Positions 51,327 through 64,000 of a DNA stretch of 64,000 nucleotides are shown one piece after another (the stretch's first letter is position 1; the number at the start of each line of letters is the position of its first letter). The notes below the pieces were generated by a model. The model worked only from the letters and a program-made list of their open reading frames with translations, was not told the origin of the DNA and searched no databases. A program made the translations under genes and the position numbers. This stretch comes from Octopus sinensis (taxonomy: Eukaryota), in contig NC_043011.1 in NCBI RefSeq assembly GCF_006345805.1, positions 61,454,464 through 61,518,463 on the forward strand. Direction: 5' to 3'.

Positions 51327-52169
51327 ATGCGTGTGTATATGTCCATGTATGTACATGTTTGTATATTGTTGAGGTCACAAGAATTTATAAACAGCTACAG
51401 AACCCAGAAATAATTCCTTTGACGAAACTTGGATCATCAACTTCATTTATTCAATTCTTACGCGCTCTTATGTGTTTCAAGTCTCAACAAGAAATTCATA
51501 AGCAAAATAGCTAGTTTTAAAATCTCAAGAGAAAACTGAGTAGTAACGCATACTAAACAGTATAAGCGAGTTGCCACATCAACTGCAGGTTAATAGGAGT
51601 TGAGCCCCAGGCAGATTCTCCACCAGGTGGTTTTTTCGACCAGCATTGAACGTTGCATCTCAAGCAGCAGAACCTCTAGCAGATCAAACCAGTTTCGTAC
51701 CTGCGGAGATAGGCGCTGCGTGTGTATTTTTGTCCTGCAGTACTTCATCAGCCCCGCCTTTTGTTTTCATGTATTGCAACTCGCTTTCGTTCGTGTGGTG
51801 TGAATGTGTGTGGCAACTCGCTGTGCGTGCGTGTGTGTGAATGTGTGTGTCTGTGAATGTGTGTGGAGGGACTGTTTGTATATGTGTGTTTGTGTTTTTT
51901 GTCCGCACGGCTTTAAACCGGTGTTAGTTTGTTCACGTTTCTGCAACTCTACGGTTTCACTATCCTCACAGGCAGTGCTTCAGCAAGCCGCAGTCCAATA
52001 TATGTGTGTGTGTGTATATGTGTGTGCGTGAGTGCTTGCGTGTGCGTGTGTGCATGTGTGCACGTGCATGCGTATGTGAGTGTGTGTGTGCGTGTGTGCG
52101 TGTGGGCATGTGTGTGTGTGTGCTGCGTGCGTCATTGAGTGTGTCTGCGTGAGTGTATGATTATGTATG

Positions 52170-53116
52170 AACAGAGACGTGACAGAAGTAAATAGACAAT
52201 CTATAAAAGATGATTTTATTTTTGCTCTAACTTGTTAAGATTTATATCTTATATTAATTGACATTTTTATACGTGACTGTTTAATCCTGCCATGTACAAA
52301 AGAAACCTTGGATTGTTTGAATTTCAAAAAAGCCGTATTGTGGGTCATTCTGAATGTGGACTTCGCGTAAAATCGCAGAAAGCCTTGGGATCCCACTTTC
52401 TAAAGTTAATAGTGATTGTGTAATTCACCAGAGAGAGAGAGAAAGAAAGAGAGAGGAGGAGTGGCAACTAACATTTTGGAACACTGTCATATTCTCCAAT
52501 AAATCAAGATTTGCTGTATTTTCTGACAGTGTCAGATTCTGGGGTCGAGAATTTTACATGAAAAGATCGTAGCAAACAATGCAACATGGCACCTATTCTG
52601 TGATGGTCTGGGGAGAAATTTGTAGCAATGGTCAATCGGAACTGTGGAGTGTGAGGGAAACATAAACTCAGATAAATATGTACCCATAGTGCAGAAAGGA
52701 CTCCAATGGTGAAATGATTAAAGAAGACTATTTATGGACCATAAGGCTTTCTGTTACACGGCTAAAATGACCCAAAATTCATTGGATGCGAATGGCATTA
52801 CAAAGCTTCCATAGTCAAGCAAGTCACAAGATATGAGTCCTATTGGTCACCTCTGGGACATAATGAACTGAAAATTTCATGAAAAGAACAAGAAAGCATC
52901 TCCAAAGCCAGATCTTTTGAGATTATTGAATGAAATTTGGCAAGAAATTCCTCAAGAGAAAAAGGATGCTTGCATTGAGAAATACGAAGGGCATGTCTAC
53001 TAAATACTAGATAGTCAAATTATAATAATTAATAAATAATTTTAATGCATAATTTCAGATTTCAATAAATTTTAACGATTATAAAAGTGTCTATTTACTT
53101 CTGGCATGTCTGTGTC
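52170..53116 (+). mobile_element. Internally deleted Tc1 (DD34E-type) element
   Basis: SRKIAESLGI, W..VIFSNKSRF, SVMVWGEI, EGNINSDKY, S.SQDMSPIGHLWDI and TKY*. Inverted CAGAAGTAAATAGACA at 52183-52198 and 53088-53103. Confidence 0.8.
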
Positions 53117-53149
53117 TATATCAGGCTAAGTAAAAAGTAAGCAACTCTT

Positions 53150-53310
53150 TGAAACCTGAAATTCATCACAATATATTTCGTCAATGGAAGTACCATTACA
53201 ATCAATAGATTTTTGCCAACCTGTTAAAAGCTGGGGTTTTTTCGGTAACATAAAAATCCTGGGGTTCTGAAGCTGATGAACTCTTTGAACCAAGAATTCA
53301 CAACGACCTC
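53150..53310 (-). mobile_element. Mariner transposase C-terminal scrap
   Basis: FRTPGF..WQKSIDCNG..DE resembles the SRTPDFY..RWQKCVDCNGSYFD end of mariner transposases. Confidence 0.5.
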
Positions 53311-53600
53311 GAACCCACAAGTGCAAACAAGAGAGACAGAGAAAGGTAGAAACAAGGAAAATGCCACTTATATTTGAACACTATACAAATATTCCTTTAA
53401 AAAAACATAACATTTCTTTTAATTTTTCTAAATTTATTTATATAATCGAAAAAGTTGAAAGGGTCTCAAAATGACTGAAAGCGGTACTGAAATGTTCTTT
53501 ATAAATTATTTTCGCATTTTTCTATTTTGACTTATTTTTTTCATATATATCAACTCGTGTGTTTTTTTTTCATCCTTATACATAAATATACATATATACA

Positions 53601-53656
<56 letters not shown>

Positions 53657-53919
53657 TATATATATATGTATGTATATGTGTGTGTGTGTATGTGTATATG
53701 TATGTATATGTATATCTCTCTGTCACTATATATAAATGTATATAATATGAACATATATATATATATCAAGAGAAAGAGAGAGAGCGCGCGAGAGAAAGAT
53801 AGAGATAGATAGATAGATAGATGGATAGATAGATAGATAGATAGATAGAGAGATAGATAGATAGGTAGAGAGAGAGAGATAGAGAGATAGACAGACAGAT
53901 AGATAGATTGAGAGAGAGG

Positions 53920-54035
<116 letters not shown>

Positions 54036-54146
54036 GGATAGATAGATAGGTAGGTAAGAGAGAGAGAGAGAGAAGATAGAGAGATGGACAGACAGATAGA
54101 TAGATTGGGAGTGAGGGAGATAGATAGATTGAAAGATTGATAGATA

Positions 54147-57100
54147 AGTTTCTTTATTGGCCACACAGGGCTGCACACAGATGGGACAAGTTACAAGGTA
54201 GAGCTTTTCTTTTGGGGGATGAAAAAAACAAAAAACAAAAGAAACAAAAAGAAAGGGGATGTTGTAGGTTTTCGATCAAGAGGGATCTTAAAAGGGAAGA
54301 AAAGAACCAAAAAAATAAATAAATAAAAAATAAAAAAATAAAATAAAAAAAGAAAAGGAAAAGGAACAAAAGAAAAGAGAAATGAAAAAAGAAGAAAAAA
54401 GGGGAAAAAAGGGGAAGAGGAAAAAAACGATCAATAGGGATCGTGTATCACAGTGTTATGATACATGGTATAAAGGGTAAGTAAGGTTTATCCGTGGGAA
54501 GAAAAGCCTACGAAAAAGACCACGGTAACCTTGGTCAATATTGTTATATGTTACCACATTTGTTTGCAAGTGGGTAACCCTCTGTTTTCAATTTCTGGGT
54601 TCATAGGAATGCTCAAGTGGCTTCATCCATTCATACGTGCCATCCTTGCTACATTCACCCATCTCTTTTTAAACATTCGCTAGACAAAACTTGCCTCTCT
54701 ACTCTCACTTTCCTTTTCAGTGGTACTTGAAGAGGTTGATGAGAGATTGACCAGAGAGGAAAGTGTTAGGGTTAGGGTTTCAGACGCGTCCACCAGATAC
54801 ATTCTTTCGCCATAGCCACAAGGATGATGAAATAGCTCTTCCTCCCGTTTGAAGGAAGGAGGCGTGACAATATTGACGATAGACTCAGCTGATAAACCGA
54901 CTCGTCCCCACGTGACAGCAGTTGTTCGACATAAGCCCACAGGTCGGAAATTGTTGGACACTGCACGAGTGCGTGCAGAAGGGTTCGTCGCGTCTGCTCT
55001 GACCGCATCTCGGGCAGGTCGGCCCCGTGTTTCTCGAGCGCTTCTCGGTAGCACTGCCAGGCCAGGGATCTCTGGAAGTTGTGCATGGGCCCTGGCCCGA
55101 AAGTCGTCCTGAATAGGCGGGTCAGGTACTCCTCGTCGACGTCCAGGTTCGCCCCGAGCTCGTCGAGTACCTCCCCTCCACTAATCCCCTATAGAATGCT
55201 TTGATTGTGATGAAGTCACTCATTGTCGACCCAGGACGGCAGAGTTGCTTGAGAGCAACGCGACACTCACGGTGCCATTCGCCCTTTCTCGGCCTTTTTT
55301 TGATCCACGACTGCAGTTCGGTCATGGAACGAGCTGCGGGAAAGCGTGCCTCACAAACGGCGACCACACCTGTTCACCGTTGTCAACGAAGAGCCTGAGA
55401 TGTCGCAGTCTCAGCGCGTGTCTGCGCATCATCAACCACGGCATGCCCAGTCTTTCTTTTAACGGGTGTTGACAGCAAATGGATCGCCTGACCATCGGGA
55501 CCCATCCTTTCCACAAGAAGCGAAAGAGAATGCGTTGTAGTTTGGTGAGGGTAGGTCGGGACAAGGCACGACGGTCAGGCGGTAGTAGGGATCGGGACAA
55601 GGCACGACGGTCGCGGTAGTAGATGACGGACGCGTACGTGTTCGCCACCTCCGCCCGACCTTTTAGGGACAGTTTCCTCTCGGCCCATTGCCGGGCGAGA
55701 GTGACCACCCTACTCGTTATCTCGTTCCAGTTATTCTCCACTTGAAGGTCCGGACCAAACCAGACCCCGCGCAACTCAACCGGGCCGTCGGTACAGCGTC
55801 CCACGACGGAGGCGCTGGTGGACGGCATGGGCTTGCTTCTCCAGGTGCCTAGTCGCAAGCCCACTGACTTTTCCCGGTTGATTTTCGCTCCTGTCACCGC
55901 TTCGTATTTTTCAGTGTCTCGCCGCCGCCTGCTCGATGTGCTCGTGGCTAGACACTATGACGGTGACGTCGTCCGCGTATGCAGACACGCTCGTCCCGCA
56001 TCCCAGTTCTCGCGGGATGCCCCTCAAAGTTGCCAGTTTCCGCAATAATGGCTCGAGAGTCAATACGTGTAGAAGCGACGAGAGGGGGCATCCCTGACGG
56101 ACCGAACGTGCGATGTCGAAGGGTCTCGATAGATGTCCATTTACGCGAATTACCGAACGGATGCCTCTGTACAAAGCGGCTATCCAGCCGCGGAAGACGG
56201 GACCAAAGCCAGCCGCTCTGTGGACCGCCTCCAAGTATCGATGGTCCACCCAATCGAAAGCTTTCGATTGATCCAAATTGATCAGCGTCCCACCCATGCC
56301 AGGTTCGTTAACTACCCTGTCTATGATGTAGCGCATCAGGTGGCGGTTGTCATGGATGGTCCGGCCCGGCCCGGCGCATGTTTGCGCCTTGTCAACCAGT
56401 TTCCGATGACAAGCGCCAACCTCTTGGCTAGCACCTTGGCCAAAATTTTCAAGTCTGCATTAAGCAGAGTGATGGGCCTAAAGTTATCTATTACATTTCC
56501 CTTGTTTAGATCTTTCTTCAGCAGTGTTACGGCTCCTCGGCTCACAAAACCAGGAATGCTCCCGTTTTGCTGCCAGTTGCAGTACACCGCCGCCAAGAGA
56601 TCTCCAAACAAGTCTGGTATACAATTGTAAAGCTCGTAGGGTAGACAATCCAAACCCGCTGATTTGTCCCTCGAGCATTCTGCCATCGCGTCCTGCACTT
56701 CCGCCGCCGTGATGTCACCTTCGCAGCACCCTGCCTTTCTTGTCGAGAGTCGTAGTAGGATATGTAGGTAGGCACTGAAGTCCACCCTACGTTCTTGCTC
56801 TCCACTCGTCCCGAACAGTCGGGCAAAATGCTGCTGAAAGGCCTCACACATTTCACTTGGTTCGAGCAATTCGCGCCCCTGTTCATCTACCAGTGACCGA
56901 ATGGTGGCTTTGTTGCCCTGTTGCGCCTCTGCCACCCGGGCCTCTCTCGCGGCTCCAACACCTTCGTTCCTTAGAGTACCTATCCTATCTCTTCTATCAA
57001 ATTTCATCCAATAATCTCAAAAGATCTGGCTTTGGAGATGCTTTCCTGTTTGGCGTTGAAGTGTTGGTCGAGGGCCAACCTCGCCGCCAAAACGTCGGAT

Positions 57101-57194
57101 GCGATGCCGCTTCTAATTGCCTCTTCTAGCTCACTCTCTACTCTATTTCTATCTATGGCTAGTGCTTTGCTGTACCTAATCGCTTCTGCTTTTA
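54147..57194 (-). mobile_element. L1/Tx1-clade retrotransposon copy B (~3.05 kb; RT, zf-RVT, 3' UTR), 5'-truncated after the endonuclease
   Basis: [92 protein letters not shown] and FRFLWKG. Frameshifted. Flanked by (GATA)n at about 53790-54146 and 57195-57394. Confidence 0.95.
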
Positions 57195-57207
57195 GATAGA
57201 TAGATAG

Positions 57208-57274
<67 letters not shown>

Positions 57275-57281
57275 CAGACAC

Positions 57282-57344
<63 letters not shown>

Positions 57345-57345
57345 G

Positions 57346-57394
<49 letters not shown>

Positions 57395-57395
<1 letters not shown>

Positions 57396-57760
57396 GTTTC
57401 TTTATTGGCCACACAGATGGGACAAGTTACAAGGTAGAGCTTTTCTTTTGGGGGAGAAAAACAAAAAAGGTTGCGTAGGTTTTCGATCAAAAGGGATCGT
57501 AAAAGGGAAAAACGTACAAAAAAAGAAAAAAAGAAAAAAGGGGGGAAAAAAGAAAAGGAAAAGAAAAAAAGAAAAAAGGGAAAAAAGAAAAGAAAAATGA
57601 AAAGAGAAGAAAAAAGAGGAAAAAACGGGGAGAAAAAAAACGATCAATAGGGATCGTGTATCACAGTGTCATGATGTATGGTGTAAAGAGGAAAGCAAGT
57701 AAGGTTTATCCTTGGGAAGAAAAGCCTACGAAAAAGACCACGGGAACCTTGGTCAATATT
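57395..57760 (-). mobile_element. Tx1 copy C (3' UTR only, 366 bp)
   Basis: Closely matches 54147-54541. (GATA)n on both sides (57195-57394 and 57761 onward). Confidence 0.92.
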
Positions 57761-57781
57761 GATAGATAGATAGATAGATAC

Positions 57782-57822
<41 letters not shown>

Positions 57823-57871
57823 GCGAGAGATATAGATAGATAGATAGATAGATAGAGAGATAGATAGAGAG

Positions 57872-57936
<65 letters not shown>

Positions 57937-58743
57937 TAGATTGAGAGAAGGGAGTTAGATGGATAGAAACGACGGTCTCGTTTCTGTTTGTCTCCACCGA
58001 GTTCACTCGCAAGAACTCCCCCTCCCCAATGTACCATGCATTCGGACTGAACCCGGAATCCTGTGGTTGGGAGGAATGATATAAATTATTTCATATATTT
58101 AAAGACAAAACTTGAAATGTAGGAAACTATTTGTTTCTCAAAGAAATATTCTTGCAACGAAAGATTTCCTATGAAAAAAAATCAATCATCCTTAAAAATG
58201 TTCGAGGCGTGAATATAATATAAAAATATCTCTATCAAGGGAAACTACTCTAAATTACTAAAACGGTTTACCGTTAAGGGAGGAAATTCTAATAAATATA
58301 CGGCCATGTTTATAGGGAAGATAACTCTTAGTAATTTAGAGTGGTTTCCCTTGACAGGTTTTTTATTTTAATTACGTTTCGAACATTTTTAACAATGATT
58401 GTTTCTTTTAATAGGAAATATTCCGTTGAAAGAATATTTCTTTGAGAAACAAATAGTTTCCTACATTTCAAGTTTCGCTTTGTCTTTAAGTATATGAAAT
58501 AATTAGTTGCATATTTTGCAATTTCTTCCCTTGACATATCTGTATTAAAAAAGAAAGTAGCTGTTTCTTTGTAAGTGCGTGCGTGCGTGCATGTATATAT
58601 ATGTTTGTATGTGTTTGTGTGTGCGTGCGTGTGTGTGTGTCTGTGAGTGGTTGTGTGCTTGCGATCACGTATCTGTAACAGTTTGTCCACACTTGTGTGT
58701 AGACTTGTTTTCTCGCGCGCGCATACATACATACTTACACATG

Positions 58744-58815
<72 letters not shown>

Positions 58816-58816
58816 C

Positions 58817-58861
<45 letters not shown>

Positions 58862-58943
58862 GCTAGCTAGCTATCTATCTGTCTCTCTGTCTCTCTCTCT
58901 GTCTGCCTACTTGTTCTCTGTATATATCTATCTTATCTATCTA

Positions 58944-58995
<52 letters not shown>

Positions 58996-59057
58996 GGAGT
59001 AAACACATAAATGTGAAACAAGTGGAAAAAGAGTACTCAAATACCAGTGGTAGAGTA

Positions 59058-59174
59058 ATATGCTTTATTTTAAGCAGCAGAAAATTCAACAAATCTGTTA
59101 CTCTGAGTTTCTCGTTGGCGAAACTCAGAGTAACAGATTTTGTTGAATTTTCTGCTGCTTAAAATAAAGTATAT
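59058..59174. other. Long near-perfect inverted repeat (fold-back)
   Basis: Arms 59063-59111 and 59120-59169 are reverse complements apart from one extra base; loop TCGTTGGC; the stem extends 5 more bp with one G-T pair. Confidence 0.95.
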
Positions 59175-59485
59175 ATATATATATATATATATATCACCTT
59201 GATCACCGTGACCGACCAGGCTATCAGATGTTGCTACACATCGCTGGCCACAATGCGCTTCAAATTCTTTTAGCCTTCAAGTGACGCCATATATATATGT
59301 GTGTGTGTGCGTGTATGGGTGTTCTTTTGTCTGTGTTTCTCCCCACCACCATCCCTCTTAAGTTGTGCTCCCGCCTGGCCGCAGTCAGATGGCTGAAACA
59401 AGGAAAAGAGTAAAAAGAATATATAAATAATTAAGATTGTTTATGAACACATATTCGTGTGTGTGTATGTGTGTGTGAGTGTGTA

Positions 59486-59579
<94 letters not shown>

Positions 59580-59580
<1 letters not shown>

Positions 59581-59805
59581 GGCGAGCTGGCAGAAACATT
59601 AGCACGCCGGCGAAATGCGTAGCCGTATTTCGTCTGCCGTTACGTTCTGAGTTCAAATTCCGCCGAGGTCGACTTTGCCTTTCATCCTTTCGGGGGCGAT
59701 AAATTAAGTACCAGTTACGCACTGGGGTCGATGTAATCGACTTAATCCGTTTGTCTGTCCTTGTTTTATCCCCTCTGTGTTTAGCGCCTTGTGGGTAGTA
59801 AAGAA

Positions 59806-59808
<3 letters not shown>
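59580..59808 (+). mobile_element. Family-1 SINE, close to the local consensus
   Basis: Intact A and B boxes, core and 3' tail. Confidence 0.92.
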
Positions 59809-59842
<34 letters not shown>

Positions 59843-59863
59843 GCATATATATATATGTATATA

Positions 59864-59905
<42 letters not shown>

Positions 59906-59977
59906 CGCATAAAACACCTTTTAAGGCGATGCCCCAGTATGACCGCAATCACATCCAATGGTTAAAACAAGTAGAAG

Positions 59978-60353
59978 AATAAGAGCACTCAGAGAGTGCC
60001 AACCTCCGCCAAGACAACACCAACGTCCTCTCAACGATTCGCCGGAGATGATTTTTAAAATGAGAATATCGGAAATAAGCTCGATTGCTCTCACAAACGA
60101 GAATACTAAAAATGAACCCGACCACACTCAAAAACTAAGAAAAAAAACAGGGAAAATAATCCGGCCCCCTTTTCCTGTACCGGAACGACCCCAAAATCTA
60201 ATCAGTTCGTGCCAGTCACGAGGCCAAACATTTCTGAAAGTTTCATCCGAATCCATCCAGCGGTTCTTGAGATATCTTCTCCAAGGTAAAAAAAAACACA
60301 CAAACAAACACGACTGAAAATAATACCGCGCCTTAGCAAGGCCGAGATAATAA
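59978..60353. mobile_element. Probable Helentron-associated (HINE/DINE-1-like) element
   Basis: AAGAGCACTCAGAGAGTGCCAACCTCCGCCAAG end, AAGTTTCATCCGAATCCATCCAGCGGTTCTTGAGATAT core, (CAAA) tract and short palindrome before GATAATAA. This layout is recalled from DINE-1-like elements. Confidence 0.6.
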
Positions 60354-60362
60354 AAGAACACG

Positions 60363-60403
<41 letters not shown>

Positions 60404-60754
60404 GAGAGAGAGAGAGTGTGTGCGTGTGTGTATGTATGTATGTGTGTGCATGTGTACATGCAAATACACAAATATACACGTATGTCTTTTAATGTCAAGC
60501 TAACTTGTTAACTTCTAAGATATTATTGTCAGTTTTTCTTTTTACAAGATCGAGGGTGGAGTGATTAGTTACATTTAGAATATGTTGGATTGTACTCAAA
60601 ATAAATATAGATCTGTTTTGTTTTAGTATTTCCTTATCTTCTAAGCTTTCTCTTGTGAGATGTACTCTGATTTCTGGCTTATTTTGGTAAGCAACATTCA
60701 GTTATAATTCTCGCTAAGAGTTTAATGTAGTTGATTAATATTTTCGTTTGAGGA

Positions 60755-60900
60755 GGCGACGAGCTGACAGACACGTTACCACGCCGGGCGAAATGCTTAG
60801 CGGTATTTCGTCTGCCGTTACGTTCTGAGTTCAAATTCCGCCGAGGCCGACTTTGCCTTTCATCCTTTCGGGGTCGATATATTAAGTACCAGTTACCAGT
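60755..60900 (+). mobile_element. Family-1 SINE, 3'-truncated
   Basis: Head and core match 59580-59720. Confidence 0.85.
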
Positions 60901-62188
60901 TATATCGATGCACACGTATGATATAGGCGAAATTCGAACTTAAGATTCGCAAAGACAGATAAAATACCGTAAACCATTTCGCCCGGTACGCTAATATTTC
61001 TGCCAACTCCTCCCCTGGGAGAGTAAGTATTCATTTAGAAATCTATTCTTTATTCTTATTGCATAAGCGTTACTCCCTTACTTACTTACATAATGACATG
61101 AAATTTCGTAACATTTTACCTCATAACTCTTTTTCTACTTAATTTTGTAGCGATTCTGAATTCCTCATTCAATTTTCTATCATTTAAGCTTAAAAAAAGG
61201 TATTCTTTTAATTTAAAATTAAAACATTTATTTTAATTGAAGATGAATATCTGCCTTAGTGCCCCCCACTTAAGGTCGCAGATATTTTGATGTAACTTCT
61301 TTTCTACTGAACCAAATCTCAAACTATTTATGGCAAAGTGTAGCTGGGAGGGTGCCCTCTTTAAAACTATTAACAGTTTGCAATTTAGTTGAGAACTGAA
61401 TTAGTGATGAAGCTTAGAAGCTGATGCGTTGACGAAATGGTGGACTTAAGAATATATTCAACCACTCCCGTGATTGAATGATATGCACAAATATTCATAC
61501 TTGTGAGCAAATAGCTACATATACATGGGTTATTGAATGCGAGGTTTCGATAAATAGAAATATATGCGCATACATACACAAATGCCGTGTTTATATCGAC
61601 GCACACGTATGATATAGATTTTTAGACCAACATTCTACAATGAAAATTCAATGCCGTTCTTACTTATGGAATTACAAAATACAAATCCAAAACGTTTACC
61701 TCTCTTCAACCATTATACTTCTGCATTTTAGATATAACACTGACACCATGTGCGTTGCTATTCAAGCCATTAAACATGTCACAATAAAATTATATGACAA
61801 GATATATAGCAAATATAAATATTGATAGAATGAGAAAAAACAGCTGTTACATCATAGCTTAGTGTATAAGCGACGTTGTTTTTAAAGCGACCACGCTGTC
61901 GGCTGTCGTTGACTTAACAGCAAAATCCACCATGAAATTTTTTCTACATATTCGTTTTCTCATTGTTCGTAAGTACTTAAACTCAAATGTTCTTCATCTT
62001 CGTAATATTCAGAGGATACCAGTTAATCTAACACACACACACACACTTTCTCTCTTTCTTTTTCTCTCTATCTTTCTTACTATCTCCCCGCTCTCTCTCT
62101 ATCTCTCCCTTGGTCTTTCTTCACTTTGTGTTGATATATATTTTTACGAATGTGAGTCAGATAAAAATCGCAGTACTTTCTCACTCAC

Positions 62189-62435
62189 CTCGAGTGTGTG
62201 TATGGGTGTGAGCCACCACACCGTTGCATACTTGACCCCACCTGAAGATGAATTTAATAGCTGGCAAATACTGTGCCAACTCTTTTTCAATTTGTGTCTT
62301 TTGAAAGAGGGCGATGGTATCGAGCGACTTCGAGTAGGTCCTTAACACCACCGTCCTCTCTTCAAAGTCTTTCATCCACTGTTTGCGTTGGACAATCTCC
62401 GACTCTAACCTAATGTTGTTTATCTTTTTTGCCAT
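62189..62435 (-). pseudogene. Protein-like ORF fragment, possibly retrotransposon ORF1 (gag-like); a host exon is not excluded
   Basis: MAKKINNIRLESEIVQRKQWMKDFEERTVVLRTYSKSLDTIALFQKTQIEKELAQYLPAIKFIFR is non-repetitive; a strong donor GAG|GTGAGT lies at 62189/62188. Confidence 0.4.
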
Positions 62436-62712
62436 GTTTTTTTTTTTGGGGGGGGGGGGGTTCACAAAATCAAAAGTTCACACAGTTAAAAAACAATTCA
62501 GGAAGGAAGAAGACAAAAAACAGTTAAAAAACACAGCAAAGTATTCTTCTGGCTGCCCTGGTACTCCTGACTAGCACCCTTAAACACTTTAGTGACGTCC
62601 TGAATGGTACTGCGCATGTGTCGAAACCATAATGATAGACGTGGTGCAGCAGATGATGGTGATATGTTGGATTGTTTTTATGGCGATTCTGTATATCACA
62701 TCATTTTGTTTC

Positions 62713-62844
<132 letters not shown>

Positions 62845-62883
62845 ACACTATATATATACCCTCTATTTATAGAAAAATATTTA

Positions 62884-63112
62884 TAACTGCTTCATTCTGT
62901 GTTTCTGCCAGCACATCGGGTGGGATATCGATGTCCGCTCGCGCTTTTTCGGGAATTATCAATTTCACTGCCTGGGCTAGACGTATGTCTTTCTGTAGTA
63001 CGTCCGTTCTAAATGGCGCTGAGGCATTCGCAGCAAAGGCTGTGAATGTATTGTTGTTATTGCTGCTGCTGCTAAGTTTGTCATCGTTGTTGTTGTTGTT
63101 ATTGTTACTCAC
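62884..63112 (-). pseudogene. Protein-like ORF fragment, probably the same protein family as 62189-62435
   Basis: NNN..TFTAFAANASAPFRTDVLQKDIRLAQAVKLIIPEKARADIDIPPDVLAETQNEAV; its end (GCAGTTA) joins in frame to GGTTAGAG of the other fragment. Confidence 0.35.
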
Positions 63113-63195
63113 AATAGAAATATTGCTGCGGTTTAAGTTGTTTTCGTTTCTTCTCTCTCATATTTTGTTGTTGTAGTGTTAGTGTACGATGCGAA

Positions 63196-63470
63196 GGCGC
63201 TTGGCTTAGTTGTTACAGCACTCGGCTCATGATCAAAAGGCCGTGATTTCGATTCTTGTGGGTGTGTTGTGATCTTGAACAACACACTACTCCAATCCTC
63301 TCATCTGGCATAAATGAGGGCTCCTTGTTATACAAAAGGCCAACCTTCTCACATTGAGTGCCTTGTTGAACAACTCTGAGAACTACGCTATGGATACGCA
63401 TTTCGGTAGAGTGCTCAACCACTGATCAGATCAACAAGAAGCCTCGTCGTCATCACCAATGGAGTGCCAG
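63196..63470 (+). mobile_element. Family-4 SINE, degenerate
   Basis: Homologous to 51021-51326. Confidence 0.7.
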
Positions 63471-64000
63471 CAAGATACCTTATTATTGTCAATCAGTTTT
63501 TCATTCGTTACCTCCATTCTTCTCTTTCAGTCGTTGGGCTGCAGACACTCTGGGGCGTCGTCAACTCAAAGAGTAAGTAAATAATAACGATCTTCGCTAC
63601 CTGTTTGAAAGTGTGTTGTTGTTCATCGAATACTATATGTAAATTATCTCTGTCATTTCTTGTATATCACCCAGTGAAAACATGCCAGATTAACTTAGAA
63701 ATACAACCATGAGTTTAGAAAATCGTCTGCTGATGGACTTCGACTTCGTATGTCACCTTATGATTGCCTGGAGATTTATACCAACCATACAACCTTTTGT
63801 TAAACTGGTGTATTTGTCTCAGCAGACATTTTTCCCGGATTAATATTTTGATACATGACTATACATATATATATATATATATTAGAAATGGCAGCCAAAT
63901 AGGTCACCATTTCTCCTACTAGTAAAAAAGGAAATATTATATTGACAAGGAAATGAACCTCTGGTTCTAATCCAGAGACGATTTCGTCTATAATTAATCC

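Overview
AT-rich eukaryotic DNA packed with microsatellites and decayed transposons. The repeat families look most like those of an octopod cephalopod (inference from memory, no database check). I cannot identify any host gene with confidence, and nearly all ORFs in the track are translations of simple repeats. Supported content: three minus-strand copies of an L1/Tx1-clade retrotransposon, each flanked on both sides by (GATA)n; three R4/Dong-like (RT plus REL endonuclease) fragments next to (TAA)n; a 523-bp non-coding element embedded in (TAA)n; Penelope-like remnants with degenerate hammerhead-like motifs; pogo/Tigger, rosa-like, mariner and Tc1 remnants; a Tc1/mariner MITE; Helitron-type elements; and at least four tRNA-derived SINE families. 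The most interesting signal is a set of retroelements sorted by microsatellite type: Tx1 in GATA, Dong-like elements and a possible non-autonomous partner in TAA. The window also carries several DNA-repair scars (locally templated fillers, a TTAGGG patch) and a near-perfect hairpin of about 54 bp. Boundaries of degraded elements are approximate.
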